Shown here: positions 24,359 to 34,257 of the stretch, in pieces
How positions within the stretch are numbered: position 1 is the first letter of the stretch
How the letters are laid out: each line of letters starts with the position of its first letter
NCBI GenBank assembly: GCA_903893925.1
Contig: CAITOC010000012.1
Span: 1-59,012, forward strand
Source: Candidatus Moraniibacteriota bacterium
GTDB lineage: Bacteria > Patescibacteriota > Minisyncoccia > Moranbacterales > UBA1568
Direction of reading: 5' to 3'
DNA: 59,012 bases
Notes under the pieces: generated by a model
Seen by the model: the letters and a program-made list of their open reading frames with translations, nothing else
What the model was told of the DNA's origin: nothing
The model's database searches: none
Translations under genes and position numbers: made by a program

Positions 24359-25717
24359 CTATCGAATCGGTATACTGCAGCCGATATCGGCACGTGTCGC
24401 CTTGTCACACTCCGTATTTTCGAGTTTTTGACGCACGGAATTCATATTCGACACGAAGAGAAGTGCTATGATCGCACCGGCCACCCACGCATACCGTTTC
24501 GGAAATCGTCTCGTCAGCCACTCAAGCACGAAGGAGAGGAAGATGAACGGCATGAACGCGATCGGCAGGTAATACCGCATCCGAGATCCGGGGGCAATCG
24601 GTATCATCACGAGGAAATAGAGTATTCCATAAAGAAGGACCAGACCCCATGCTTGTTTTCCAGATTCATTCGCGGTCAGAAGTCGATATATCAGGAATCC
24701 GTACCCAAGAACCGAAAACGACAGAAGGGCCACAAGTCCGGCTATTGACAAAGGGTCTGTCTGAAATACGATCGGGGTCTTATATGTCGGACTGATCACA
24801 AGCGGATCATAGAGGATATTGCAGATATTCTTGTTGCCCAAAGACGACAGGATATGTACGTTCGCCTGAGCGTTGCACGCGAGGTCGAGTTTCACTCCCT
24901 TCACGAAACTGCCCCCGGTCCGTTCCGACTTGAACAGGAACGCCGAGAAGAAAGTCTTCGTATTGGCAAGCCCGGTTTTCTGTTCGCTTATGAACTGCCC
25001 CGTGTTCAAGGACAATGCGATCAGGACCACTACGGCGCATTTCCGCCAAGTGCGCTTGTCGAGAAAGAGAATGAAAGCGAATACGATCGCCGACATCGCC
25101 GGCAGGAGGAGGAGCAAAATCGCATGCAGTTGCACACCGACACCGAGCGCGATGCCGATTCCCACGATCCATTTCCACGATGCTTTTCCTTTCTCCTCCA
25201 GGAACCCGACGAGAGAATGCAGGTACAAAAGGACAAAGAACGGGATGAGGTTCACGTTCCAGGCAAAACGGGAATACTCGATGGAAAAATAGGAGAAGAC
25301 AAAGACCGACGTGGAGAGGAGCGACACCTTTTCGTCGAAATACCGCCGGAGGAAGCGATAGAGGAGCGGGATGGAGAGAATGGAAAACAATACGTCGGGA
25401 TACGCCTGCTGTGTCGGACCGACTCCGAAGAGCTTTGCCGAGACGATTTGGAAAGAGTAGTAGATGGCGCCGAGCCGGAAGCCACGACCGCCTGTCATGT
25501 CGGGCCCCAGAAGTGGCCAGGAGGCATTGTCATTCACCACGTCTGAGACGATCTTGAGGTCACGTGCCTGATCGCTTGCGAACACCAAAAGTTCCTGAAA
25601 ATGATAGATACGAAAAAATATCCCGACCAGGATCAGGACGACGAGTATCCACGTATGGGATCGCGCCTGTTTCAGTTTTCCGAAAGAATCTGCAGCAAAT
25701 GACCTGATCGATGTCAT
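24359..25717 (-). CDS. GT39/ArnT-like (PMT_2) polytopic glycosyltransferase
   Basis: ~12 TM helices, with an acidic first-loop motif (ASDQARD) after TM1, typical of GT-C enzymes. Start set at MTSIRS, preceded by SD AAAGGAG. Confidence 0.55.
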   Translation of the reverse strand: MTSIRSFAADSFGKLKQARSHTWILVVLILVGIFFRIYHFQELLVFASDQARDLKIVSDVVNDNASWPLLGPDMTGGRGFRLGAIYYSFQIVSAKLFGVGPTQQAYPDVLFSILSIPLLYRFLRRYFDEKVSLLSTSVFVFSYFSIEYSRFAWNVNLIPFFVLLYLHSLVGFLEEKGKASWKWIVGIGIALGVGVQLHAILLLLLPAMSAIVFAFILFLDKRTWRKCAVVVLIALSLNTGQFISEQKTGLANTKTFFSAFLFKSERTGGSFVKGVKLDLACNAQANVHILSSLGNKNICNILYDPLVISPTYKTPIVFQTDPLSIAGLVALLSFSVLGYGFLIYRLLTANESGKQAWGLVLLYGILYFLVMIPIAPGSRMRYYLPIAFMPFIFLSFVLEWLTRRFPKRYAWVAGAIIALLFVSNMNSVRQKLENTECDKATRADIGCSIPIR

Positions 25718-25736
25718 AATACTCCTTTCACCCGGA

Positions 25737-27143
25737 TTACTTCCCACGAAAAAACGAGTAGAACAGTACGAGTGCCGCAAGCGCCATCAGCACGAATGCG
25801 AGCCGGACAAAAAAATTCGATATCTTGCCGTTCTTATACTCGCCCATGACAGCGGTATTGTTGCCGACCTTGGCAATCACGAAGAGCAGCGGTACGGCGG
25901 CGATACCGTTGAACACAGCCGTGAAGACAAGCGCTTTGATCGGATCGAGTCCGATGAAGTTCATCATGAGGCCGACCACGGTCGCAAGGATGATGATACC
26001 ATAAAATCCCTTCGCCTTCCTAAACTTCCGATACAGGCCCTCTTTCCAGCCGAGTGCCTCACTGAGTGCGTACGAGGACGAACCGGCCAAGACCGGCACT
26101 GCCAGAAGGCCGAGTCCGAGTATGCCGACCGAGAAAATAAGTTTCGCCACGAGACCGGAATTCGGAAAGTTCTGGACCAACGGTTCGAGTGCCTGCGCGG
26201 CATCGGCGGCCGAATTGATTTCCGTGATGCCGGCGGCATGCAGGGTCGAAGCGCACGCGATCACGATGAACCAGGCCGTCAGACTGGCGAGCGTCATACC
26301 GACGAAATTGTCGAGTTGCAAATTGCGGAGGAACCTGCCGGTCGCCTTGGGCACCGTGCCGATCTGTGTCCGGTTGCGATGCATGATCTCTTCCTCGACC
26401 ACTTCCGACGTGTCCCAGAAGAACAGGTACGGCGAGATGGTCGTCCCGAGCATACCGACGAAAATGTACATCGTGTCGAAATCGATCTTTGGAGTGAGCG
26501 TGAACGTGTTGTGAAACACCTCCACCCAGTTCTGACCGACCACGAATGCCGTCACCGGATAGGCCAGAAGCGCCACGGCAAGCCATTTCAATATCTTCGC
26601 GTATGTCTTGTAGCTCACGAGCACTACCAAAAGTACGATGATGACGGCATAGAAGATCGCAAGGAGCGAGAACGGGAGATTGACGAACAACTGAGTCGTC
26701 GCTGCCATCGCACCGAGATCGGAACCGATATTGACCGTATTGGCGGCTACGACAAGCGCGACCGACATGAAAAGCAGCTTCTTGCTATAGTGTTCCTTGA
26801 TGACCGCAGCCAGTCCCTTGCCGGTGATCGCACCGATACGCGAACAGCTTTCCTGCACCGCCAGGAGGAATGGGTACATGAGCGGGAACGACCATAAGAG
26901 TCCGAGGCCATATCCGGCTCCGGCCTGCGAATAGGTCGCGATTCCCGACGGATCGTCGTCTGCCGCACCCGTCACCAGACCGGGACCCAGGATATGCAAA
27001 AATCGGCTGTACCGTTTCCGGTTCAGCATGTTCTTCTTGATATTGCGTGCCAGCCTTTCGGTTCTGGTCAGTTTCCGATGCGTTCCCGTCTTCACCGCCT
27101 GTTCGGGAAGATCCGATACTTCACTCATAGCGGTCTTTTTCAC
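25737..27143 (-). CDS. mntH: Nramp-family divalent metal transporter
   Basis: GPGLVTGAADDDPSGIATYSQAGAGYG matches the Nramp TM1 signature, and the protein has ~11 TM helices. Confidence 0.75.
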   Translation of the reverse strand: MKKTAMSEVSDLPEQAVKTGTHRKLTRTERLARNIKKNMLNRKRYSRFLHILGPGLVTGAADDDPSGIATYSQAGAGYGLGLLWSFPLMYPFLLAVQESCSRIGAITGKGLAAVIKEHYSKKLLFMSVALVVAANTVNIGSDLGAMAATTQLFVNLPFSLLAIFYAVIIVLLVVLVSYKTYAKILKWLAVALLAYPVTAFVVGQNWVEVFHNTFTLTPKIDFDTMYIFVGMLGTTISPYLFFWDTSEVVEEEIMHRNRTQIGTVPKATGRFLRNLQLDNFVGMTLASLTAWFIVIACASTLHAAGITEINSAADAAQALEPLVQNFPNSGLVAKLIFSVGILGLGLLAVPVLAGSSSYALSEALGWKEGLYRKFRKAKGFYGIIILATVVGLMMNFIGLDPIKALVFTAVFNGIAAVPLLFVIAKVGNNTAVMGEYKNGKISNFFVRLAFVLMALAALVLFYSFFRGK

Positions 27144-27235
27144 TGTATCCCCAGTTTACTACAACCCCCGCATTCGCAAAAGCAACCGTTCTCTCTGAAG
27201 ACAAATGGCAGTGCGTCCAACGGCATAGCCTGCAA

Positions 27236-27847
27236 TCAAACATTCGTAAACAGGTCTTCCTTGGGGAAGCGGGTCTTGGAGCGGGCTGGGCCTTCGGCGC
27301 GATAGCCGAGCGGCAAAAGCAGGACCGGGGTGAAAATCTCGGGCAGATCGAATATATCCTTGATAGCGGCGAAGTCGCACCCTTCCATGGGACATGAATC
27401 AATCTCGAGCTCGGCCGCGGCGGCCATGGCGAACCCGAGCGCGATATAGGTCTGCTTCGCGGCCCACTCCGCCCCAGTAGCCCCTTCGTACCGTCCGGCC
27501 ATCTGCCGGAACCGCTCGGCGATCTTTACGGCTTTCTCGGACCCCGACTCGTCGCCGAACGACAATTTCATATACGCGTCGATACGATCCAGGATATCCG
27601 TCCGCGAGAAGAAGACGAACACGTGCGAGGCATCCGCCGGTTGCGGCTGCCCGTACGAGGCTTCCTGGAGTTTTTTCTTGATTTCGACATCCGTCACGAC
27701 CACGACATGGAACGGCTGCAAACCGTAGGCCGACGGAGTCAGACGGATCGCCGTAAGAATCTTCCCGACCGACTCGTCGGAGAGCTTCTTTTCTGGATCG
27801 AACTTCTTTGTCGAGAACCGCCACTCGAGCTGTGTAAGGAAGGACAT
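27236..27847 (-). CDS. NAD(P)H nitroreductase family protein
   Basis: RFSTKKFDPEKKLSDE...AIRLTPSAYGLQPFHVVVV is the classical nitroreductase N-terminal pattern. Confidence 0.8.
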   Translation of the reverse strand: MSFLTQLEWRFSTKKFDPEKKLSDESVGKILTAIRLTPSAYGLQPFHVVVVTDVEIKKKLQEASYGQPQPADASHVFVFFSRTDILDRIDAYMKLSFGDESGSEKAVKIAERFRQMAGRYEGATGAEWAAKQTYIALGFAMAAAAELEIDSCPMEGCDFAAIKDIFDLPEIFTPVLLLPLGYRAEGPARSKTRFPKEDLFTNV

Positions 27848-27864
27848 AGGAGAAGAAGTCAGGA

Positions 27865-27941
27865 GTTAGTAGTGAATAGTGAGTAGTAAGTAGTAAGTAG
27901 TAAGTAGTAAGTAGTAAGTAGTAAGTAGTAAGGAATTAGGA
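27865..27941. repeat. Heptanucleotide tandem repeat
   Basis: Six perfect GTAAGTA units (27886..27927) flanked by degenerate units (gttagta, gtgaata, gtgagta, gtaagga, attagga). It lies 18 nt upstream of the nitroreductase start codon. Confidence 0.9.
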
Positions 27942-27991
27942 ATCGGTCAGGGAACAATATAACAATACGACCATGCAACAATGTATCCGTC

Positions 27992-28561
27992 TCAGGACTT
28001 CAGCAGGAGATGCCCGAGGAAGGTGAGGAACAGGAGGAATATGCCGACGAAGAACTGCGAATGGAGAAGATAATTCCCCTTTTTTACGCCCGACGGTACG
28101 TTTTGCAGTTCCATGACCATGCCGGTAATACCCTCCGCGAGGATGAGGACCAGGATGGCGTACAGGAACACGTTATCACGCAGGCTATTCGTGAAGGCGC
28201 AATGAAGGAACACCGAGGAGACGGCAATGATACCGAAATACGGATGTGTCCGGTTCAACAGCAAGAGGAGTTTTCCCGAAAGCGATTTCATCTCGACAAG
28301 GTCGACGCCGAGCGGTTCCAGACGGGTCCACAGATTGCCTTTCATGAGAAGGAGTTTGAACACGGTCCGTCCATAAAGCGTCGCAAGCGAAAGCATAGCG
28401 ATGCCTCCGAGGAATTTCCCGAATTCATTCGTGATCGAACGACGCGGGATAGCCGCAGGCCCGCCGATCGAATAGACGTACCAGAGACCGAAAACCGTCG
28501 CGACCGTGACGACGATCGCGAACAGGAAGAATGGCAGTTTTTTCCGGGTTATTGGGTTCAT
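27992..28561 (-). CDS. Membrane protein, unknown function
   Basis: 189 aa with ~5 TM helices and conserved-looking His residues inside helices (FLHCAF, LGHLLL). Confidence 0.5.
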   Translation of the reverse strand: MNPITRKKLPFFLFAIVVTVATVFGLWYVYSIGGPAAIPRRSITNEFGKFLGGIAMLSLATLYGRTVFKLLLMKGNLWTRLEPLGVDLVEMKSLSGKLLLLLNRTHPYFGIIAVSSVFLHCAFTNSLRDNVFLYAILVLILAEGITGMVMELQNVPSGVKKGNYLLHSQFFVGIFLLFLTFLGHLLLKS

Positions 28562-28594
28562 GCTTCGATTATAACAGAATGCTCAGGAATACGC

Positions 28595-31500
28595 CTACGA
28601 TGCTTTCTGTTTCTGTGCCTCAAGCACCGCCTCTATCCCGATGCGCTCGATCTCCCCTTTCTTTTTCGATCCCATAAGCTGCTTTCTTTTCGGATTGAAC
28701 TGTTTATAGATATCGCTTCGTTGCGTTATCATCTCCTCCAACAGGATACCAAGGTATATTTTTGATTTTTCGGCCGTATCAAGCAGGATATCCTTCGTCA
28801 GTGTCCCCGCATCGAAGAGCGCCAACATCTCCTTGCCCTTCCGATCGACGAACAGTGCGCGCTCCAGTTTCGGCGTATCCCTTTCCAATGTCGCCACTTC
28901 GTTCACGGACACGGCCTTCCCGGAGAGCTTCGAGAGGATCTCTTTCAACAAAATCGTCAGTTTCGACGAATCGTTACCTCCTTTCATCCACATATGCCCG
29001 CGAATATTGAACCCCTGCGAGAATCCGCCGGGCACCGACGTCTCGTCCATCTTCTTCTTGGTATACAGGACGAAGCGGTCATCAAGGGGTGACCAGACCA
29101 GGAATCCGCCATATCCGTGTTCGAAGACTTCCAACTGATTGGAGTTGTTTTCATAGCTGATCCGATTGTAGAATTTCCCTTTCGCGGTATTTTTCATCGG
29201 ATCGATCAGTATCTCCCCGAAACGGTCAGCGCCCGTATCGAACGAAAATCCGGCCTTTTCCACTTTCTTGAAAGCGTCCTGTCCTGTCCGAATCTGTCTT
29301 TCCATGTGTTTCGACAGCTCGATCAACGGCTCATATTTGTCATTCTGCGGATTACGATACTCGTTTTTGTTCAGATATTCTTCCGAAAGGTCCGCTTCCG
29401 GATCGACGCCGTTTTTGAACAGATCGAGTACGTCCTCCGTCCTCATCCGGTAAGAGAGTCCGTACAGGTTCTTATGATAGTTCCGAAATACCCGCTTCCG
29501 CTCATCGTCCGACAGGTCCATATTGTCACATTTGGTCACGAACGCGACGAAACGATCCAGATACGGCCGCCGTTCTAGGAGTCCCGCTTTTACAAGGGCC
29601 TCGTACACGAACTTCGTTGCGGACGTATCGTGCCCGGACGTCGACCCATGATGGTCGAATACGAGTCGCTTCCCTCCCTCTTCGGCGGTCACGCCGTTGC
29701 GTAAGGCGGTATCCATCGTGACACCGCTCATCGCATATTCCCCTTGTGGCACAAGACCGACCTTGTCCATATCCACTTTCATTCCGGCCAGTTTCATGAG
29801 GTTCAGACACGCAAACGCGTCCATGTCGGTCTTCTCATGCACGGTGAACTCATTCCATAACTCCCGTGTCAGCGCGGCGAATCTCAGGTTCCCTTCTTCC
29901 TTGGTCGGTGCGTTCAGATCCTCATACGTATATGATGGCGACTGCTCAAGATTGTAAAGCGTGTGCGCCGCGATAGCGCCTACCGGATCGATTTCAGAAT
30001 AACGTTTCCGTTCTTTCGGCATGGGATAACGGACCGACTCCGGCTGAGGAACAGGAGCGACGTTTGCCGGTTCAGGCGTCTGAGGTGGTACGACCGGAGC
30101 CGGTTCCGGAAATATGGCAGGTTTGACGGCGTGAACCACGGGAGGAGCCGGGATAGTATTCCCTCCACGAAACATTGATGAAGATGTCGGGGCTGGATTT
30201 CTCGCATTCGTATTCGCTGAAGATATACCGCCTCTTCTCCCGTTTTTCATCCGCTCAAGCGGCGTCCGTCCCAAGAACGGAAGTATGGCCGGAGCCTCGA
30301 CATCGTATCCCGAAATGGTCACCTTGTCGGGAATCAGCGAGGCATCAGTCGTCGGAACCGACACGGCAGCCGAAGCAGGTATGGAAACGGGAGCTGCCGG
30401 CGATACGACGGACCGGACCTGCTCGATACCGGAACCGACTTTCGTCGCCAATACCGTTGCATGATCGACTCCATCCACCTGATCGCCCATGATCGCCACC
30501 TCGGCGAACTTCCCCGTGAACGTCGCGTGTCCGTCCACGGTGGAAAACGCGAGCTTCCCAATCTCGCTTTTCGGATCGATGATCGCGTTCCCGTCGGCGT
30601 CTATCGGAATCTCGACGACCTGACCCTGTGTATCCCCCGAGAGGGAAACGAGCACTCTCATCTTTCCCTCCTTCAGAAGCGCCTGCGGATCGAAGTGCCT
30701 GCCATCATGAAAAGAACCGCCTTTGGTCATGTGTCGGATATTGAACACGAAGTTTCCCTTCGCATCGACGCCGGTGCCATGCTCGCCACCCCACGACATC
30801 CGAAGCTCGTTCCCGTCCGGTTTCGGCGTATCATTGTCCGCCCATGCAACCCGGTCGATCTTCGAAAAAAGTCCCTCGTGCGTCTTGACATACTCCCTCG
30901 TGTCGACGACGGCCTCGTGCGAAAGCGCTTCCGGCTGATGAGACGGGGCAGGCGCATCCAAAGACAAGGCGGTTGCGACCTCACGAACAGGCACGGCCGT
31001 ATGAATCTCATCTTGAGGCAATGTTCCTGAAAAATACCGGCGCAGGTATCCGAGCGCCGTATACTGATGGTTCCCGGTAGCAGGTCCCGATCCTCCGAAC
31101 AAACCTTCTTTCCCGTCGAAGACCGTACCGATTTCCTGAGACGCCAGGCCGACACCGAGACCGACACCGAGGCCGCCGGCAACCGCCCAGGCAACTTTGC
31201 TCCGTTTCATCTTTTCGAACGCTTCGTCCTTGACGGTCTTCTCGCCCACGAAATCCTTTCGGATCTTCGCTTCCCTGGCATGTCGCAAATATTCGTCCAG
31301 CTGGCGATCGTCGTTATAGAACGTAGCCCAATCCGCATGACTGTTCCGCCTCAGATATACGCGGGCCTCCGCGGCCGCGACATACAAGTCAGTTCGTTCC
31401 CGTTCGATATCTTTCGGGCTCGAATAATCGATGAGATCGATCCGCTCCCGCTCGGAAAACGCCGTTCGCGCCTTGATTTCGACAAGATGTTCAAGGAGTA

Positions 31501-32593
31501 CGGAGAGATTCCGTTCATTGGGTTGAGCCTGCAGACCCGCCAATGATTCCCTCAATTTTCCGGCGAGCTCGCCGGCGTTTTTCGTCTCGGAGCGGAACAG
31601 TTCCATTTCTTTCCGCCGTTTCGAATCGGGTTCGATCCGTTTTCCTTTGGCTCTTTCGCGCGCATGCTGAGCGCGTTCATCCTTGATTTTCTTGTTCTCC
31701 CGGACACCGGCGATCGCACCACCGATCCCGGCACTCAGGCCCATACCGAGCGGCCCGACCAGCTTCGCCCCACGATGCGCGACGCTCACCGTGCCCTTCG
31801 CGATGACACCGTATGCGATAGACACGGCTGTCGCTACGGTCGCCTCATTGACGAAACTCCCTACGGACGACCTTTGGATCTTTTCCGTAATCCGATCGAC
31901 CGCATTGTACCGAGCCTCCGTTTCGACTCCCGTACGGGCATTTCCGATCACGATGTCGAAATCATCGTCGATCGCGTCCAGCCCCTTCCCGTGCGTGACG
32001 CTTTCCTTTACGTTCCTGGCTATCTCCAGCAGATTATCGGCATACACGGCCTGCGACGGGACCCCGGTATCGATCGAATTGACCAGCTTTTTTTTCTCCG
32101 ACAGGAACTGCTCCTCCGATAGCTCATCCGACGCGAACCGGGTGATAAGCCCGACAATCTTGGCCCGCAACACGGTATCGTCCGGAGTACCCTCTTTCAG
32201 AGACCGTCTCTCTTCCCCTTTGCGAAGCAGTGTCTCGTCCTCATACTCCGTCCCGAAACGTTCGACGATGGCTCTCATCGCATTCTCATGATCCGATCGA
32301 TCACCCGATTCCCCCGCATACAGGTTCCCGGAATCCGTTATTTCCCGTTTCGCCTTGGAGATTTCTTTCTGCCGGTAATATTCGTGGGCAAGATTCTGTT
32401 TCCAAATCCTGTCGAAGATTCCGCGTACGCTTTTCACCTCCCCCTTCGACGCCAGGAGTTTTTCTTCCGCGACATCACGCGCCTGCCGTTCGATATCGAC
32501 GCGGGCGATGACGATCTTCCGTTTTTCCTTGTCCGGTGGCATCGCGGACGGGATGTTTTGATAGTGATCGATGGTCATCCGGTTATGAGGCAT
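28595..32593 (-). CDS. Giant (1332 aa) hypothetical protein with Gly-rich TM segments, a Pro-rich linker and a C-terminal DHH-like phosphoesterase domain
   Basis: DHH-family motifs in order: VHEKTDMDAF (HxxxDxD), VTMDTA, VFDHHGS (DHH codons at 29648..29656). Gly-rich hydrophobic stretches are LGMGLSAGIGGAIAG and AVAGGLGVGLGVGLA. Confidence 0.6.
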   Translation of the reverse strand: MPHNRMTIDHYQNIPSAMPPDKEKRKIVIARVDIERQARDVAEEKLLASKGEVKSVRGIFDRIWKQNLAHEYYRQKEISKAKREITDSGNLYAGESGDRSDHENAMRAIVERFGTEYEDETLLRKGEERRSLKEGTPDDTVLRAKIVGLITRFASDELSEEQFLSEKKKLVNSIDTGVPSQAVYADNLLEIARNVKESVTHGKGLDAIDDDFDIVIGNARTGVETEARYNAVDRITEKIQRSSVGSFVNEATVATAVSIAYGVIAKGTVSVAHRGAKLVGPLGMGLSAGIGGAIAGVRENKKIKDERAQHARERAKGKRIEPDSKRRKEMELFRSETKNAGELAGKLRESLAGLQAQPNERNLSVLLEHLVEIKARTAFSERERIDLIDYSSPKDIERERTDLYVAAAEARVYLRRNSHADWATFYNDDRQLDEYLRHAREAKIRKDFVGEKTVKDEAFEKMKRSKVAWAVAGGLGVGLGVGLASQEIGTVFDGKEGLFGGSGPATGNHQYTALGYLRRYFSGTLPQDEIHTAVPVREVATALSLDAPAPSHQPEALSHEAVVDTREYVKTHEGLFSKIDRVAWADNDTPKPDGNELRMSWGGEHGTGVDAKGNFVFNIRHMTKGGSFHDGRHFDPQALLKEGKMRVLVSLSGDTQGQVVEIPIDADGNAIIDPKSEIGKLAFSTVDGHATFTGKFAEVAIMGDQVDGVDHATVLATKVGSGIEQVRSVVSPAAPVSIPASAAVSVPTTDASLIPDKVTISGYDVEAPAILPFLGRTPLERMKNGRRGGISSANTNARNPAPTSSSMFRGGNTIPAPPVVHAVKPAIFPEPAPVVPPQTPEPANVAPVPQPESVRYPMPKERKRYSEIDPVGAIAAHTLYNLEQSPSYTYEDLNAPTKEEGNLRFAALTRELWNEFTVHEKTDMDAFACLNLMKLAGMKVDMDKVGLVPQGEYAMSGVTMDTALRNGVTAEEGGKRLVFDHHGSTSGHDTSATKFVYEALVKAGLLERRPYLDRFVAFVTKCDNMDLSDDERKRVFRNYHKNLYGLSYRMRTEDVLDLFKNGVDPEADLSEEYLNKNEYRNPQNDKYEPLIELSKHMERQIRTGQDAFKKVEKAGFSFDTGADRFGEILIDPMKNTAKGKFYNRISYENNSNQLEVFEHGYGGFLVWSPLDDRFVLYTKKKMDETSVPGGFSQGFNIRGHMWMKGGNDSSKLTILLKEILSKLSGKAVSVNEVATLERDTPKLERALFVDRKGKEMLALFDAGTLTKDILLDTAEKSKIYLGILLEEMITQRSDIYKQFNPKRKQLMGSKKKGEIERIGIEAVLEAQKQKAS

Positions 32594-32891
32594 TCAGATA
32601 CGTATCCCGAAAACGCACGAGCGCATCGGCGATCAGCTCGTCGAGATTCACGATGTTCTCCCGGCAATATGCCTGTATATGTTCGGCATCCGCACTGTCG
32701 AGCAAGAAACTGAATTCCTCCAGCTTTTCCGGCGGGAGATTTTCCAGGATGATCGCATTGATCCGCTCTTCCACCCGTTCTGTCAGGTCAAATCCGATCT
32801 GGCGCAACACGTCCGTGTCGACATCGCCAAAACCTTTCTCCTCGATGAGACGATTGACGAATTCCGATATCGGATGAAGTCTTTTTTCCAT
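32583..32891 (-). CDS. Small acidic helical protein (DUF5663-like?)
   Basis: 102 aa, highly acidic. Its stop overlaps the start of the giant ORF by 11 nt, suggesting translational coupling. Confidence 0.5.
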   Translation of the reverse strand: MEKRLHPISEFVNRLIEEKGFGDVDTDVLRQIGFDLTERVEERINAIILENLPPEKLEEFSFLLDSADAEHIQAYCRENIVNLDELIADALVRFRDTYLNAS

Positions 32892-32961
32892 ATGATTCTG
32901 TTATTGAAAGTATATCACGAAAAAATAAGACAGGCTGTTTGTGCCGAGATAAAACGAAAAA

Positions 32962-32990
32962 TAATTCCTTCGCCAAAGACCCTTCGTAAA
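32962..32990 (-). promoter_or_regulatory. TTTACG-N17-GAATTA promoter-like motif
   Basis: Minus strand CCGCTTTACG (32985..32990), 17-nt spacer, GAATTA (32962..32967), ~70 nt upstream of the 32891 start. Confidence 0.4.
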
Positions 32991-33123
32991 GCGGTATCAA
33001 GAGGAAAACAGTCTTCTCTCTTGAGAACAGGCACTCAAAATTGTCGGCGGACCGGTATAATAGGTTCGAAAGCTTCCCAATCGAGCACGTACCGCAACAC
33101 TGCCGGAAGAGTTGTACACATCG

Positions 33124-34125
33124 TCACTTTTGCGGATGTCTCAGATAGGTCTCGATATTCGCCAAATGATCCTCATAAGTCACGGCACAGTGTATCTGCC
33201 GGTTGGCGTCGTGCAGATAGTAGAGGCAGTCGGTTTCCGCGGGATGGAGTGTGGCATCTATCGCGGCAAGGCCGGGACTGTCGATCGGGGTCGGTGGCAG
33301 ACCCTTGTACTCATAGGTATTATACGGCGAGTCGATGATTTTTATATCGTCGGACGTGATCGGCGCCCACCAGCCCGCATCGGCCTTGCCACGGGCATAC
33401 TGGACGGTCGCGTCGATCTCAAGCTTCATCCCCCGGTTCAACCGGTTCCACAAAATACCGGCGATGAGTGGCATATCGCCATTGCCAGCGGCCTCGCGCT
33501 GTATGAGCGAAGCCAGCTTGAGTCCGGTCGTCCACTGGATATTTTGTGCGGCAAAACCACCGACGTATGGTGCGAACTGCTCGTCGAATCGCCGTGTCAT
33601 CCGATTCGCCATGTCCAATCCGCTCTCATCGATCGGGATAAGATAGGTATCCGGGAAATACGTCCCCTCGAGATACTCCGACCGCATCTTGGTATAGACC
33701 GTATCCCATTTTTTCAGGTCATCGCCGCTCCAGTTAAATGTCTTCGCCAAAAGCTCCCCGATCTGCTCCTTGCGCCACCCTTCCGGGATCGTCACCCATT
33801 TCAGATCCGGATTGCCGGTGATAAGTTTTTCGGCGACCTGCCACACGTCCATGTCTTTCGAAAGGTGGTATCCGCCCGGAGCGATTGCAGACAGTTTTCC
33901 CTTGGCGGAAAGGATGGATGCGAATGCGAACCCGCTTCGAACAAATCCCTGCGACTGCAACTTGTCTGCGATTACCGACCCGTCCTGATTCCGGTTTATG
34001 ATGAACACGTCGCTCGTCGGCTCTGCCTGCGGCGCGGCAAACAATGACCCGTATGCCAACCACGCCCCGGCGAGCAGCATTCCGACCACCACGATACCGA
34101 GAACAAATTTCATGATGCTTTTCAT
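33124..34125 (-). CDS. mltG: Endolytic murein transglycosylase MltG (YceG-like)
   Basis: N-terminal TM anchor, LASLIQREA and IDATVQYA motifs. Start is uncertain (34125, 34152 or 34248). Confidence 0.8.
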   Translation of the reverse strand: MKSIMKFVLGIVVVGMLLAGAWLAYGSLFAAPQAEPTSDVFIINRNQDGSVIADKLQSQGFVRSGFAFASILSAKGKLSAIAPGGYHLSKDMDVWQVAEKLITGNPDLKWVTIPEGWRKEQIGELLAKTFNWSGDDLKKWDTVYTKMRSEYLEGTYFPDTYLIPIDESGLDMANRMTRRFDEQFAPYVGGFAAQNIQWTTGLKLASLIQREAAGNGDMPLIAGILWNRLNRGMKLEIDATVQYARGKADAGWWAPITSDDIKIIDSPYNTYEYKGLPPTPIDSPGLAAIDATLHPAETDCLYYLHDANRQIHCAVTYEDHLANIETYLRHPQK

Positions 34126-34257
34126 ATCCCAAGTATCGCACAAACCCGTCATAAACACGAGAAAACGCCTTTGGATTCTCTGAACGTTTACGATATCCCT
34201 CAACCATACAAAAATGCGACCTTTGCGGGGTCGCTTATACTCTTTCAAAATCTCATC

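Noticed and set aside
27865-27941. Possible CRISPR array (also considered for the repeats at 18.1-22.5 kb and 21.7 kb)
   Set aside because: The unit here is only 7 nt with no spacers. The other repeats are 60-130 nt apart irregularly, differ in length, include promoter and terminator features, and no cas genes are present.
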